NCBI GenBank assembly: GCA_035290125.1
Contig: DATDVI010000021.1
Coordinates: 1-52,248, forward strand
Origin: Candidatus Anderseniibacteriota bacterium
Lineage (GTDB): Bacteria > Patescibacteriota > Andersenbacteria > UBA10190
DNA length: 52,248 nt
Direction: 5' to 3'
In this document: piece by piece, positions 8,341 to 16,670 of the stretch
Position numbering within the stretch: position 1 is the stretch's first letter
How the letters are laid out: the number at the start of each line of letters is the position of its first letter
Notes under the pieces: model-generated
What the model saw: the letters and a program-made list of their open reading frames with translations, nothing else
What the model was told of the DNA's origin: nothing
Databases searched by the model: none
Translations under genes and position numbers: made by a program

Positions 8341-9279
8341 ATGGCTCGATACTTTGTCACTGGTGGCGCAGGGTTTATTGGCTCGAATATTGCCCGGGAG
8401 CTGGTACGACAGGGCCAGGATGTGGTTGTTTTTGATAACCTATCGACGGGCTCGCGCGACAACCTAGCGGATATTCTGGGGTCGATTGAGTTTGTGGAGG
8501 GGGATATTAAAAACTTGCCGGCTTTGACAGAGATCATGGCTGGCACCGACTTTGTGCTGCACCAGGCAGCGCTGCGGGCCGTTGAGCGATCGGTCGATGA
8601 CCCACTGGAGACGAATGATAATAATATTACCGGAACGCTGAATGTGCTCCTGGCAGCGCGCGAGGCCAAGGTTCAGCGCGTGGTCTTTGCGTCTTCCTCG
8701 TCGATTTATGGCAATCAAGCCCAAGAACGACAAGTGGAGACGCTCCCCCCAGCTCCCGCTTCGCCATATGCACTGTCAAAATTGGCCGGGGAGCATTACT
8801 GCCGGCTGTTTAGCGAGCTGTTTAACGTGCCCACGGTGTGCCTGCGCTACTTCAACGTCTTTGGGCCGTACCAGAACCCCCAGTCGAAGTATTCAGCCGT
8901 TATTCCTATTTTTGTACAGCAGCTGATGACCGATACTCCCCCCGATATTCATTGGCACGGGGAACAGAGCCGAGATTTTACGTATGTTGATAATGTGGTG
9001 AGTGCAAATCTGTTGGCCGCCGCGTCTCAAAATGTTGGCCGGGGCGAGATTCTTAACATTGGCAACGGCGAAAATATTTCCGTGAATGACTTGTATGGCG
9101 AGATTCAGAAACTGCTGGGCAAAGAAGTGACGCCGCGGCGTACCGAGAAGCGAGCAGGAGACGTGCTGAAGACCTACGCCGATATTTCGCGCGCCAAGGA
9201 ATTGATCGGGTATCAACCGGTAGTCACATTTGCCGAGGGACTGGCGCGATCAATCGCATGGTACAAAAAGAACCTCTAG
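8341..9279 (+). CDS. NAD-dependent NDP-sugar epimerase/dehydratase (extended SDR, 4-epimerase-like)
   Basis: 312 aa. VTGGAGFIGSN Rossmann motif, SSSSIYG, and YALSKLAGE (YxxxK). Confidence 0.8.
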   Translation: MARYFVTGGAGFIGSNIARELVRQGQDVVVFDNLSTGSRDNLADILGSIEFVEGDIKNLPALTEIMAGTDFVLHQAALRAVERSVDDPLETNDNNITGTLNVLLAAREAKVQRVVFASSSSIYGNQAQERQVETLPPAPASPYALSKLAGEHYCRLFSELFNVPTVCLRYFNVFGPYQNPQSKYSAVIPIFVQQLMTDTPPDIHWHGEQSRDFTYVDNVVSANLLAAASQNVGRGEILNIGNGENISVNDLYGEIQKLLGKEVTPRRTEKRAGDVLKTYADISRAKELIGYQPVVTFAEGLARSIAWYKKNL

Positions 9280-10082
9280 TTTCAGTGGTGATGGCGACTC
9301 ACAACGGGTCGCGTTTTATTACCGAGGCGCTGGATAGCGTTTTTGCCCAGACCTATCAAAATGTTGAGGTCATAATCGTTGACGATGCGAGCGTTGATGG
9401 TGTGGGGGAGGTCATTCACGCGCGGCGCGACGCACGAATCCAGTATATGCGCAGCGAGACGCACCTGCGCCTGTCGGCCGCGTTGAACCGCGGGATTGCG
9501 GCAGCGCAGGGAGAGTTTATCGCCCGGATCGATGACGATGATGTGTGGGTGAGCCCGGATAAACTCGCGCGGCAGGTGGCGCTGCTGCTCGCGCGGCCAC
9601 GGGTCGGCGTGTGCGGGACGCATAATATCGTCATTGATGAATCTGGAGTGGAGCTGTATCGCTTGCACTTTCCCTTACACGACTCGGAAATCCGCCGGAC
9701 TATTTTGCGGCGCAACCCGTTTCCGCATTCTGGGGTGCTAGTTCGGAAAGCAGCGCTGCTGTCGGCTGGGGGATACCATGAAAATCTTTTCTATGCGCAG
9801 GATTATCATTTGTGGCTCAAGATTGGCACCAGCTGGGAGTTGGCTAACCTGTTACATTGCTATATTAAGCAGCGGGTGAAAGCCGGTAGTTTGTCGAACG
9901 CGAATAATTTCAAGCAATGGCAGGAGTTTATGTGGGCAGCCTGGCGTTTTCGGCGCCACTACCCTGGTTTTGTACGCGATGTGCCGCTGTATGGCCGGGA
10001 GTTTGTTGTTAACCTGTTTCCGAAAAAGCTTTTTTTTCACGTGAGCGCCTGGAAGCGGGAGCGGCTGCGAAGTAAGTCGTAA
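9258..10082 (+). CDS. Glycosyltransferase family 2 (paralogue of 4834..5658)
   Basis: VSVVMATHNGSRFI...VEVIIVDDASVDG...GEFIARIDDDDVWV...YAQDYHLWLKIG...HYPGF. The same blocks occur in the same order in 4834..5658. 22-nt overlap with the preceding gene. Confidence 0.85.
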   Translation: MVQKEPLVSVVMATHNGSRFITEALDSVFAQTYQNVEVIIVDDASVDGVGEVIHARRDARIQYMRSETHLRLSAALNRGIAAAQGEFIARIDDDDVWVSPDKLARQVALLLARPRVGVCGTHNIVIDESGVELYRLHFPLHDSEIRRTILRRNPFPHSGVLVRKAALLSAGGYHENLFYAQDYHLWLKIGTSWELANLLHCYIKQRVKAGSLSNANNFKQWQEFMWAAWRFRRHYPGFVRDVPLYGREFVVNLFPKKLFFHVSAWKRERLRSKS

Positions 10083-12081
10083 TTTGTTCATACTCCTTGC
10101 CTAAAACTGCGGTGTGGGTGAATTGCTTGAGCCGATGGTCGGGGACATTGTATCGTGCGTAGTGACGCAGAATTTCGGTGAGATGAGCCGGAATATCGTG
10201 TGGCTGGGGTGCGAGAATCACGTTTTTGATGCTGCTCAGTTCTTGATTCACTGCTGAGGCCAGGGCGAGGCACGGAATGCCAGTGGCGAGTGCTTCGAGC
10301 AGTGCAACAGAAAAGCCCTCAGCCTGCGCCAGGTGCAGGAGTACATGGCAGCGCGAGAGCAGCGCGAAGAGTTCGCTTGGCGTAAGATAACCGTGATCGA
10401 TGAAGTTCTTGTCGGAATGCTTGGTGCTGCTGCCGGCGATATGCAGGGTGTAGTGCGGCTGGTTGTAGAATAGTTTCTGTAACGCAGAAAAATTTTTCCG
10501 AGGATCCCGCGGGTTACCAATAAAAACGAGGTGCGTGTGTGCTTTAGGCGGCATACGCGGGACAAAGTGAAAAATATTCTCATCAAAAAAAGAAGCGCTG
10601 GGTTTGATTGCTGACGGGGCGATACCGCTGGCCCGGAGATACCGCGCGGCGGCAGCTGTGGCGGCAAAAACCAGCGTGGCCGGGCGCAGAGTCAGGCGCA
10701 CATAGAGCCAGCGCCAGAGGAGCGCAGCAAGACGGTGGTGTGGGTGCACGATGGCTAATTGGTACTCACGTAGATTCGCTGCCTCGTGAACAAACAACGC
10801 TCTGCCCGCCGTTTTCCACCAGCCGATTTTATGCGTGTAGACGGCACTAAACTGCCTGGCGTGGCGCAGGCGAAAGATGAGCGATGCAGCCAGGGGTCGA
10901 AACGATGTTGGGATAAAATGCGGGATGCGGAATTGGATTTGGGGGAGTGGGCTGGCTGCATTTTTTTGGAAGACGCCGAGGGTAACAGTATGCCCGCGCT
11001 CGGCGAGATACTGGGCCATTGAGAGGGTGATGCGCTCGGCGCCGCCTTGCCAGGCGCCCTGCCAGATGAAGATAGCTCTCGCGCGGCTCAGGGATGGCGC
11101 CTGCGCTCGTCCCGCCTGCGGTGGGACACCGTGCCCGCTCCGGCGCCATAACCCGCTTGAAAGGTACAAGCGGCTTCTGGGGAAGAAATGCTCTTGTAGT
11201 GACGTGCTGATGGCTTTCACTGCGTATCTTCTCCACCCTGCTCGATTTCGATTGATTGCCAGCGCAACGAGCGACTTGCCCAGAAAATACGGCAGCCAGA
11301 GCCAGATCCATCTTGGGAACCAGCGGCTGTTTAGATAGATCAGATTGTAGAAGTAGTCGTAGTGAAATGCCGTAAAATCCTTTGTCATCAGTTTTTTATT
11401 GAACTTCTTCGAGCCGCCGCTGGGCGCGCCGGGGTGGCGCAGCAAAAGCTCGGGGCGAAAAATGATCGGCACCCCCGCTTCTCGCAAGCGCAACGCGGTG
11501 CTGAAGCTCTGGCCATAGGCGTCGCCGATCAGCTGGTGATCGATCCAGTAGCTATTCAGGTCGCGGTGCCAGAAGACGCCCAGTTCGTTAAACGGAAAAA
11601 CAGGTCGGGGGCGTGTGCCGCGATTGAGCCGTGCGGTGATAAGCTCGAGAATCGGATACGGCCGTGACGCCAGTACATCGGAGATGCTGAGGGTGCGCTG
11701 CGGGCGCTGGCCAAAGTTTTCCATGATAACTTTTGGTTGAATCATGATGTCTGGCTGCAGTAACCGATACAGTTTCGCAAAAAAGTGCGTATCTTCGATG
11801 ATAACGTCGTCGTCGATGAAACTCATATACTCGCTGCGTGCCAGCTCCAGGCCGGTCTGCCGCGCGGCGGCCAGATGATGCCCGGAATTCAAGGCATAGC
11901 GAATACCCGTGTGACGCAGGAGAAACTCGCGGGCGACAACGCGGGTATGATCGGTCGAGTGGTCATCAATAATAATGATTTCGTCTGGTACACGACTCTG
12001 GGCGGTTAATTGTTCCAGGATCCGGCGCAGTAATTCGGCGCGATTGTAGGTTGGAATAATAATGGAAAGTGTCTTTGACAT
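10009..12081 (-). CDS. Two-domain glycosyltransferase (N-terminal GT2 fused to C-terminal GT4-like GT-B)
   Basis: 690 aa, ATG at 12081. The N-terminal part is GT2 (LSIIIPTYNRAELL, IIIIDDHSTDHT, FIDDDV). A low-complexity linker follows (GVPPQAGRAQAPSLS). The C-terminal part is GT-B (WQGGAERITLSMAQYLAERGH; AQAEGFSVALLEALATGIPCLA). The 3-prime end overlaps convergent gene 9258..10082 by 74 nt. Confidence 0.75.
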   Translation of the reverse strand: MSKTLSIIIPTYNRAELLRRILEQLTAQSRVPDEIIIIDDHSTDHTRVVAREFLLRHTGIRYALNSGHHLAAARQTGLELARSEYMSFIDDDVIIEDTHFFAKLYRLLQPDIMIQPKVIMENFGQRPQRTLSISDVLASRPYPILELITARLNRGTRPRPVFPFNELGVFWHRDLNSYWIDHQLIGDAYGQSFSTALRLREAGVPIIFRPELLLRHPGAPSGGSKKFNKKLMTKDFTAFHYDYFYNLIYLNSRWFPRWIWLWLPYFLGKSLVALAINRNRAGWRRYAVKAISTSLQEHFFPRSRLYLSSGLWRRSGHGVPPQAGRAQAPSLSRARAIFIWQGAWQGGAERITLSMAQYLAERGHTVTLGVFQKNAASPLPQIQFRIPHFIPTSFRPLAASLIFRLRHARQFSAVYTHKIGWWKTAGRALFVHEAANLREYQLAIVHPHHRLAALLWRWLYVRLTLRPATLVFAATAAAARYLRASGIAPSAIKPSASFFDENIFHFVPRMPPKAHTHLVFIGNPRDPRKNFSALQKLFYNQPHYTLHIAGSSTKHSDKNFIDHGYLTPSELFALLSRCHVLLHLAQAEGFSVALLEALATGIPCLALASAVNQELSSIKNVILAPQPHDIPAHLTEILRHYARYNVPDHRLKQFTHTAVLGKEYEQITTYFAAAPASRRSREKKAFSETG
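10030..10037. repeat. T8/A8 homopolymer inside the convergent overlap of two glycosyltransferase genes
   Basis: gcTTTTTTTTcac. It reads LFF in the plus-strand gene and EKKA in the minus-strand gene. It is the longest homopolymer I noticed inside coding sequence in this window. Confidence 0.9.
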
Positions 12082-12176
12082 AGCGGCAAATCGCGATTAA
12101 TAATCAGTTCACCATAGCAATGGGGCTGTGGTTCTACAAATGTTCGTTTGCTCGTTTCAAGTAGGGAGAAATAACG

Positions 12177-13511
12177 ATGGATCTCAAGATTACTGGCATT
12201 GAGACGTTCGACGTTCGCTTTCCAACGGCTCTCGAGGGAGTGGGATCAGACTCTATGCACCCCGATGGTAACCATTCGGCGGCTTGCGTTGTGCTCACCA
12301 CGAACGAACCTCACCTCCAGGGCTGCGGGCATGTTTTTACGATAGGCAGCGGCAATAACATTGCAGCGGCCACTATAGGCGAATGGGCGGCTCGTCGCGG
12401 TATTACAAATATGCCGTTGAGTCAATTTACCCGGGACCCTGGCCATTTTTGGGATCGTATGGCTAATGACAGTCAACTGCGCTGGTTGGGGCCGGAGAAA
12501 GGCGTGTCGCATATGGCCATGGGGGCGATCATAAACGCACTGTGGGATTTGTGGGCAAAACGTGAGGGGAAACCGCTCTGGAAACTGCTCTGTGACATGC
12601 CTCCGTCGGCGATCGTGCGTTGTGTGCCGTTTCGCTATATTAGCGACGTGCTAACACCGCGAGTGGCGATCGACATGCTTGTTGAGCTTGCTCCCACTCG
12701 CCTGGATCGGCTGGCGCATCTCCTGGAGCATGGGTATCCAGCTTACACGACCTCAACTGGTTGGCTGGAATTCAGCACAGAGCAAATTGAGCAGTTGTGC
12801 CATGAGGGCCTGGCAGCGGGCTGGCGTCACTTTAAGATCAAAGTTGGTCGAGATCTGGACTCTGATATTTCTCGCTGTGATGCTGTTCGTAGCGCAATCG
12901 GGAACGATGCTGTGTTGATGGTCGATGCTAATCAGATCTGGGAAAATGCACAACAAGCAATTATCTGGATGCTTGAACTGGCACCATCCCGACCACTGTG
13001 GATTGAAGAGCCAACAAGTCCCGATGATATTCTGGCACACAAGCAGGTAGCAGACGCACTGCACCCGCACGGTATCAAAGTGGCCACGGGCGAGCACTGC
13101 CATAACCGGGTTATGTTCAAGCAGCTTATGCAGGCCGGGGCAATGGATTTTTGCCAAATTGATGCCTGCCGCTTGGGGGGAGTTAATGAGGTGCTTGCCG
13201 TGTTACTTATGGCAGCTAAGTTTGAGATCCCGGTTTGTCCTCATGCCGGCGGTGTCGCGTTATGTGAGCAGGTGCAGCATTTTGCCGCATTTGATTACGT
13301 GTGTGCCAGCGGTTCGCTGGAGGGCAGAATCGTGGAGTATGTTGATCACCTCCACGAACATTCTGCTCACCCGGCTATCGTGAAAGATGGACATTATCGT
13401 CTGCCGACTGCACCTGGCTTTAGCACGGAGATGCGAGTGGAATCGGTGGAGAGGTTCTTGTACCCTACTGGAGAAGTTTGGCAGAAGCTTGGCGTGCAAA
13501 CTACCAGTTAA
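12177..13511 (+). CDS. fucD: L-fuconate dehydratase-like enzyme (enolase superfamily, MR/MLE subgroup)
   Basis: 444 aa; GGGAGA SD before ATG 12177. Blocks match my memory of Xanthomonas FucD: FDVRFPT, DSQLRWLGPEKGV.HMA, GYPAYTTSTGWL, IEEPTSPDDILAH, TGEHCHNRVMFKQLMQAGAMDFCQID, and GGVNEVLAVLLMAAKF..PVCPHAGGV. Not searched. Confidence 0.75.
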   Translation: MDLKITGIETFDVRFPTALEGVGSDSMHPDGNHSAACVVLTTNEPHLQGCGHVFTIGSGNNIAAATIGEWAARRGITNMPLSQFTRDPGHFWDRMANDSQLRWLGPEKGVSHMAMGAIINALWDLWAKREGKPLWKLLCDMPPSAIVRCVPFRYISDVLTPRVAIDMLVELAPTRLDRLAHLLEHGYPAYTTSTGWLEFSTEQIEQLCHEGLAAGWRHFKIKVGRDLDSDISRCDAVRSAIGNDAVLMVDANQIWENAQQAIIWMLELAPSRPLWIEEPTSPDDILAHKQVADALHPHGIKVATGEHCHNRVMFKQLMQAGAMDFCQIDACRLGGVNEVLAVLLMAAKFEIPVCPHAGGVALCEQVQHFAAFDYVCASGSLEGRIVEYVDHLHEHSAHPAIVKDGHYRLPTAPGFSTEMRVESVERFLYPTGEVWQKLGVQTTS

Positions 13512-13518
13512 TCTAACC

Positions 13519-13546
13519 AAAGGCTCAGGGATGAGCCTTTTTTTAT
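13519..13546 (+). terminator. Rho-independent terminator
   Basis: AAAGGCTCA-GGGA-TGAGCCTTT followed by a T-run (TTTTTTTA), 8 nt after the fucD-like stop. Confidence 0.85.
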
Positions 13547-13569
13547 TCCGGCTGTGTGCGTAGACTGAA

Positions 13570-14592
13570 ATGATGAAACGGATGCATGTTTTAGTGACCG
13601 GCGGAGCGGGGTATAAGGGTGCCGTGCTGGTGCCCAAGTTGCTCGCGGCCGGGCACCAGGTGACGGTACTGGACTGGTATCTATATGGGGATGTTGTTTT
13701 GGCTCCTCACGCTGGCCTCAAGCAGCTCAAAGGCGATATCCGTGATATGCAGAGAGTACGGGAAAGCTTAACCGATGTGGATACGGTGATTCACTTGGCT
13801 TGCATTTCTAACGATCCCAGCGTGGAGCTGGATCCAGCCTTAAGTAAATCGATTAATCTTGATGCCTTTTGGCCGCTGGTGCAGCTGAGTAAAGCAGTTG
13901 GCGTCACTCGGTTCATTTTCGCTGCCAGTTCTAGTGTGTATGGCGTTAGTGACGCGCTGGAGGTAACCGAGGAACACCCCCATGTGCCGATTACTGACTA
14001 TAACCGCTACAAGAGCATGTGTGAGGATATTTTGTGGGAAGAGCAAGCAGATAATTTTACCGTTGTGTCGATTAGGCCGGCGACCGTGTGCGGGTATTCG
14101 CCGCGTCTGCGGTTAGATTTAACGGTGAATATTCTAACTAACCACGCGGTGAATAAACAGTTGATCACGGTTTTTGGCGGCGAGCAAAAGCGGCCGAATA
14201 TTCACATTGAAGATATTACGGATTTATACGTCGATTTGTTGCAGGTGCCAGCCGAAAAAATCGCGGGGCAGGCCTTTAACGTTGGCTACGAGAATCATCG
14301 GGTTAAAGATCTAGCCCAGATTGTTAAAGCCAAGGTCGAAGAGCTGATGCCGGAGCTGGGTGAGATTGGCGTCACGACAACAGCGTCAGACGATATTCGA
14401 TCTTATCATATATCGTCGGAGAAGATTAAGCGGGTGCTGGGCTTTGTGCCGCGGCGGGGGATCGAGGACGCGGTCGCTGATCTGGTAGCCGCTTTTCAGG
14501 CGGGCAATATTCCGAACTCGCTGACGGATCCCAAGTATTTCAATATTAAGATGATGCAGACACAGCCTGCACGAGTAGTTTATGGAAAATAG
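13570..14592 (+). CDS. NAD-dependent epimerase/dehydratase family protein (extended SDR)
   Basis: 340 aa. VLVTGGAGYKGAVLV Rossmann motif, ASSSSVYG, YNRYKSMCE (YxxxK). Alternative ATGs at 13573 and 13582. Confidence 0.8.
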   Translation: MMKRMHVLVTGGAGYKGAVLVPKLLAAGHQVTVLDWYLYGDVVLAPHAGLKQLKGDIRDMQRVRESLTDVDTVIHLACISNDPSVELDPALSKSINLDAFWPLVQLSKAVGVTRFIFAASSSVYGVSDALEVTEEHPHVPITDYNRYKSMCEDILWEEQADNFTVVSIRPATVCGYSPRLRLDLTVNILTNHAVNKQLITVFGGEQKRPNIHIEDITDLYVDLLQVPAEKIAGQAFNVGYENHRVKDLAQIVKAKVEELMPELGEIGVTTTASDDIRSYHISSEKIKRVLGFVPRRGIEDAVADLVAAFQAGNIPNSLTDPKYFNIKMMQTQPARVVYGK

Positions 14593-15619
14593 CTGGGGCA
14601 AGGGTGAGCCGACGGCCGTTAAAGCGGCCGGTGGCGTAGCTGTCATGCGTAATCTTTACTACCACGTGTTGCGTATTCGTTTAGTCGAAGAAAAAATTGC
14701 CGACCTGTATCCGGAACAGGAGATCCGCTGCCCCGTTCATCTGTGTATTGGTCAGGAAGCAGTAGCGGCTGGGGTGTGTCTGGCTTTGACAAAAGAAGAT
14801 GCGGTTTTAAGCGGACACCGCGCTCATGGGCACTACTTAGCTAAAGGAGGCAATTTGGCAGCCATGCTGGCCGAGCTCTATGGGCGGGAAACAGGCTGCT
14901 GCCGGGGGCGGGGCGGATCAATGCACCTCATCGATTTATTGGTCAATTTTCTTGGTTCGACGCCAATTGTCGCGAGCAGTATCCCGGTGGCGACGGGCGT
15001 GGCCTGGGCGTATCAGCTGCGGGGCGAGCGGCGCGTCGTTGTGTCATTTATGGGCGAAGCAGCCTGTGAAGAAGGCGTGTGGCACGAGAGTTTAAATTTT
15101 GCGGCGTTGCATAAGCTGCCAATTATTTACGTGTGTGAAAATAATTTGTATTCGGTATATACGCCGCTTAAGGAACGTCAGCCAGCGCGGGGCCTGGCTG
15201 GGCTGGCGGCCGCGCATGGTCTAAAGACTTTCGCCGGAGATGGAAATGATGCGCTGGAAGTGTACAAGATGGCTCTGGCGGCTCGGCAATACGCCCTGTC
15301 GGGAGCTGGCCCCGTTTTTGTGGAACTGACAACATATCGCTGGCGAGAGCACTGCGGGCCGAATTTTGATAATGATTTAGGGTACCGGACTGAGGCAGAG
15401 TTTCAGGAATGGCAGGAGCGTGATCCTGTGCTGCGTCTTGAGGAGCAGCTGCGCGCGGCGGGCGTGAATTTTGAGATGGCCAGGGTACGAGAGAAAATTA
15501 TAAGAGAGATTAGTGAGGCGGTTGATTTTGCTAAGGCAAGCGAGGTAGCGACTTTTGCTCCCACCCCCCGCCTCCGCCAGCTGGCGGACGGCGGGCAAGC
15601 CTCCAGCTATGTCGGATAA
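14582..15619 (+). CDS. ThDP-dependent dehydrogenase E1 component, alpha subunit (PDH/acetoin-DH E1-alpha-like)
   Basis: LRIRLVEEKIADLY, HLCIGQEAVAAGV, GRGGSMHL, FMGEAACEEGVWHESLNFAALHKLPIIYVCENNLYS. A likely alternative start is ATG 14645 (MRNLYYHVL). The 3-prime end contains palindrome C1. Confidence 0.85.
   Translation: MENSWGKGEPTAVKAAGGVAVMRNLYYHVLRIRLVEEKIADLYPEQEIRCPVHLCIGQEAVAAGVCLALTKEDAVLSGHRAHGHYLAKGGNLAAMLAELYGRETGCCRGRGGSMHLIDLLVNFLGSTPIVASSIPVATGVAWAYQLRGERRVVVSFMGEAACEEGVWHESLNFAALHKLPIIYVCENNLYSVYTPLKERQPARGLAGLAAAHGLKTFAGDGNDALEVYKMALAARQYALSGAGPVFVELTTYRWREHCGPNFDNDLGYRTEAEFQEWQERDPVLRLEEQLRAAGVNFEMARVREKIIREISEAVDFAKASEVATFAPTPRLRQLADGGQASSYVG
15573..15588. repeat. Family C perfect 16-bp palindrome TCCGCCAGCTGGCGGA, copy C1
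   Basis: Lies inside the last 50 nt of the E1-alpha CDS (read as LRQLADG), 20 nt before the E1-beta ATG. Extended imperfect arms CCCGCC...GGCGGG. Identical cores at 32644 and 50334. Confidence 0.95.
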
Positions 15620-16670
15620 TCGTGTTATCAGTTGTGCCGAAGCAATTCGAGAAGCCACTGAGCAGGCTATGGCCTTTGATGATCGGGTAATTGTTATTGG
15701 TGAGGGTGTGCCGGATCCGAAAGGCATTTTTGGCACGACGCTAGGTTTGCGGGAGAAATTTGGATCGAAGCGAGTGTTTGATATGCCGGTAGCTGAAAAT
15801 GGCCTGACTGGAATATGTGTTGGCGCGGCACTGGCGGGCCTGCGGCCAATCATAACTCATCAGCGAGTTGATTTTTCGCTGTATGCTCTCGAGCAGATTA
15901 TCAATAATGCAGCTAAGTGGCGCTTTATGTTTGGGGATCTCCAGACCGTACCACTGGTGGTTCGTATGATCATTGGTCGGGGGTGGGGACAGGGCGCACA
16001 GCACTCACAGGCGTTGCAGGCACTGTTTGCGCATGTGCCAGGGCTCACGGTGGTTATGCCGGCGCTGCCGGCTGATGCCAAGGGTTTGCTGCTCGCCAGT
16101 ATCGCGAGCGAGGAGCCAGTGATTTTTCTGGAGCACCGCTGGCTGCATGGTCTGACTGGGCCAGTTCCTGCGGCACCGTATGAAATGCTGCTGGGGAAAG
16201 CAGCGGTGCGCCGGGCCGGGGAGGATGTGACGATCGTCGCCAGCTCGTATCTGACAGTCGATGCGTTGCGCGCGGCTCAGGAGCTCACCAAAATTAATGT
16301 GCAGGCTGAAGTTATCGATTTGCGGACAATTAAGCCGTTGGATCTGAAGACTATCTTGCGATCGGTGCGAAAAACCAGGCGCTTGCTGGTGGCTGATTCG
16401 AGCTGGGCCAGCTTTGGTGTGGCCAGCGAGGTTATTGCACGAGTTGCAGAGTCGGGCTTTAGCTTGAAAAGCGCGCCACAGCGAGTTACGCTGCCCGATA
16501 TGTCGACTCCTTCGGCGTCATCGCTGACGCGTCATTTCTACCCCGATTACCGGACAATTATGTCCCGAGTTTTGGTTATGCTTGGTCGGCCGACGCGCGA
16601 CTCGGTACCACTTGCTCCTCTTGAGGCTCCACACGACGTGCCGGACGTGTCTTTTACCGGGCCATTCTAA
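15609..16670 (+). CDS. ThDP-dependent dehydrogenase E1 component, beta subunit (transketolase-like Pyr and C-terminal domains)
   Basis: MSDNRVISCAEAIREA..., VIVIGEGV, VFDMPVAENGLTGICVGAALAGLRPI, IGRGWGQGAQHSQ, EVIDLRTIKPLD. ATG 15609 overlaps the alpha stop by 11 nt. The ORF-track TTG at 15555 lies inside the alpha gene. Confidence 0.85.
   Translation: MSDNRVISCAEAIREATEQAMAFDDRVIVIGEGVPDPKGIFGTTLGLREKFGSKRVFDMPVAENGLTGICVGAALAGLRPIITHQRVDFSLYALEQIINNAAKWRFMFGDLQTVPLVVRMIIGRGWGQGAQHSQALQALFAHVPGLTVVMPALPADAKGLLLASIASEEPVIFLEHRWLHGLTGPVPAAPYEMLLGKAAVRRAGEDVTIVASSYLTVDALRAAQELTKINVQAEVIDLRTIKPLDLKTILRSVRKTRRLLVADSSWASFGVASEVIARVAESGFSLKSAPQRVTLPDMSTPSASSLTRHFYPDYRTIMSRVLVMLGRPTRDSVPLAPLEAPHDVPDVSFTGPF

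Noticed and set aside
10847-11338. Overlapping 153-154-aa ORFs on both strands
   Set aside because: Both lie within the linker/GT-B part of the 690-aa fusion gene in other frames, and both have low-complexity Arg/Ala/Pro-rich composition.
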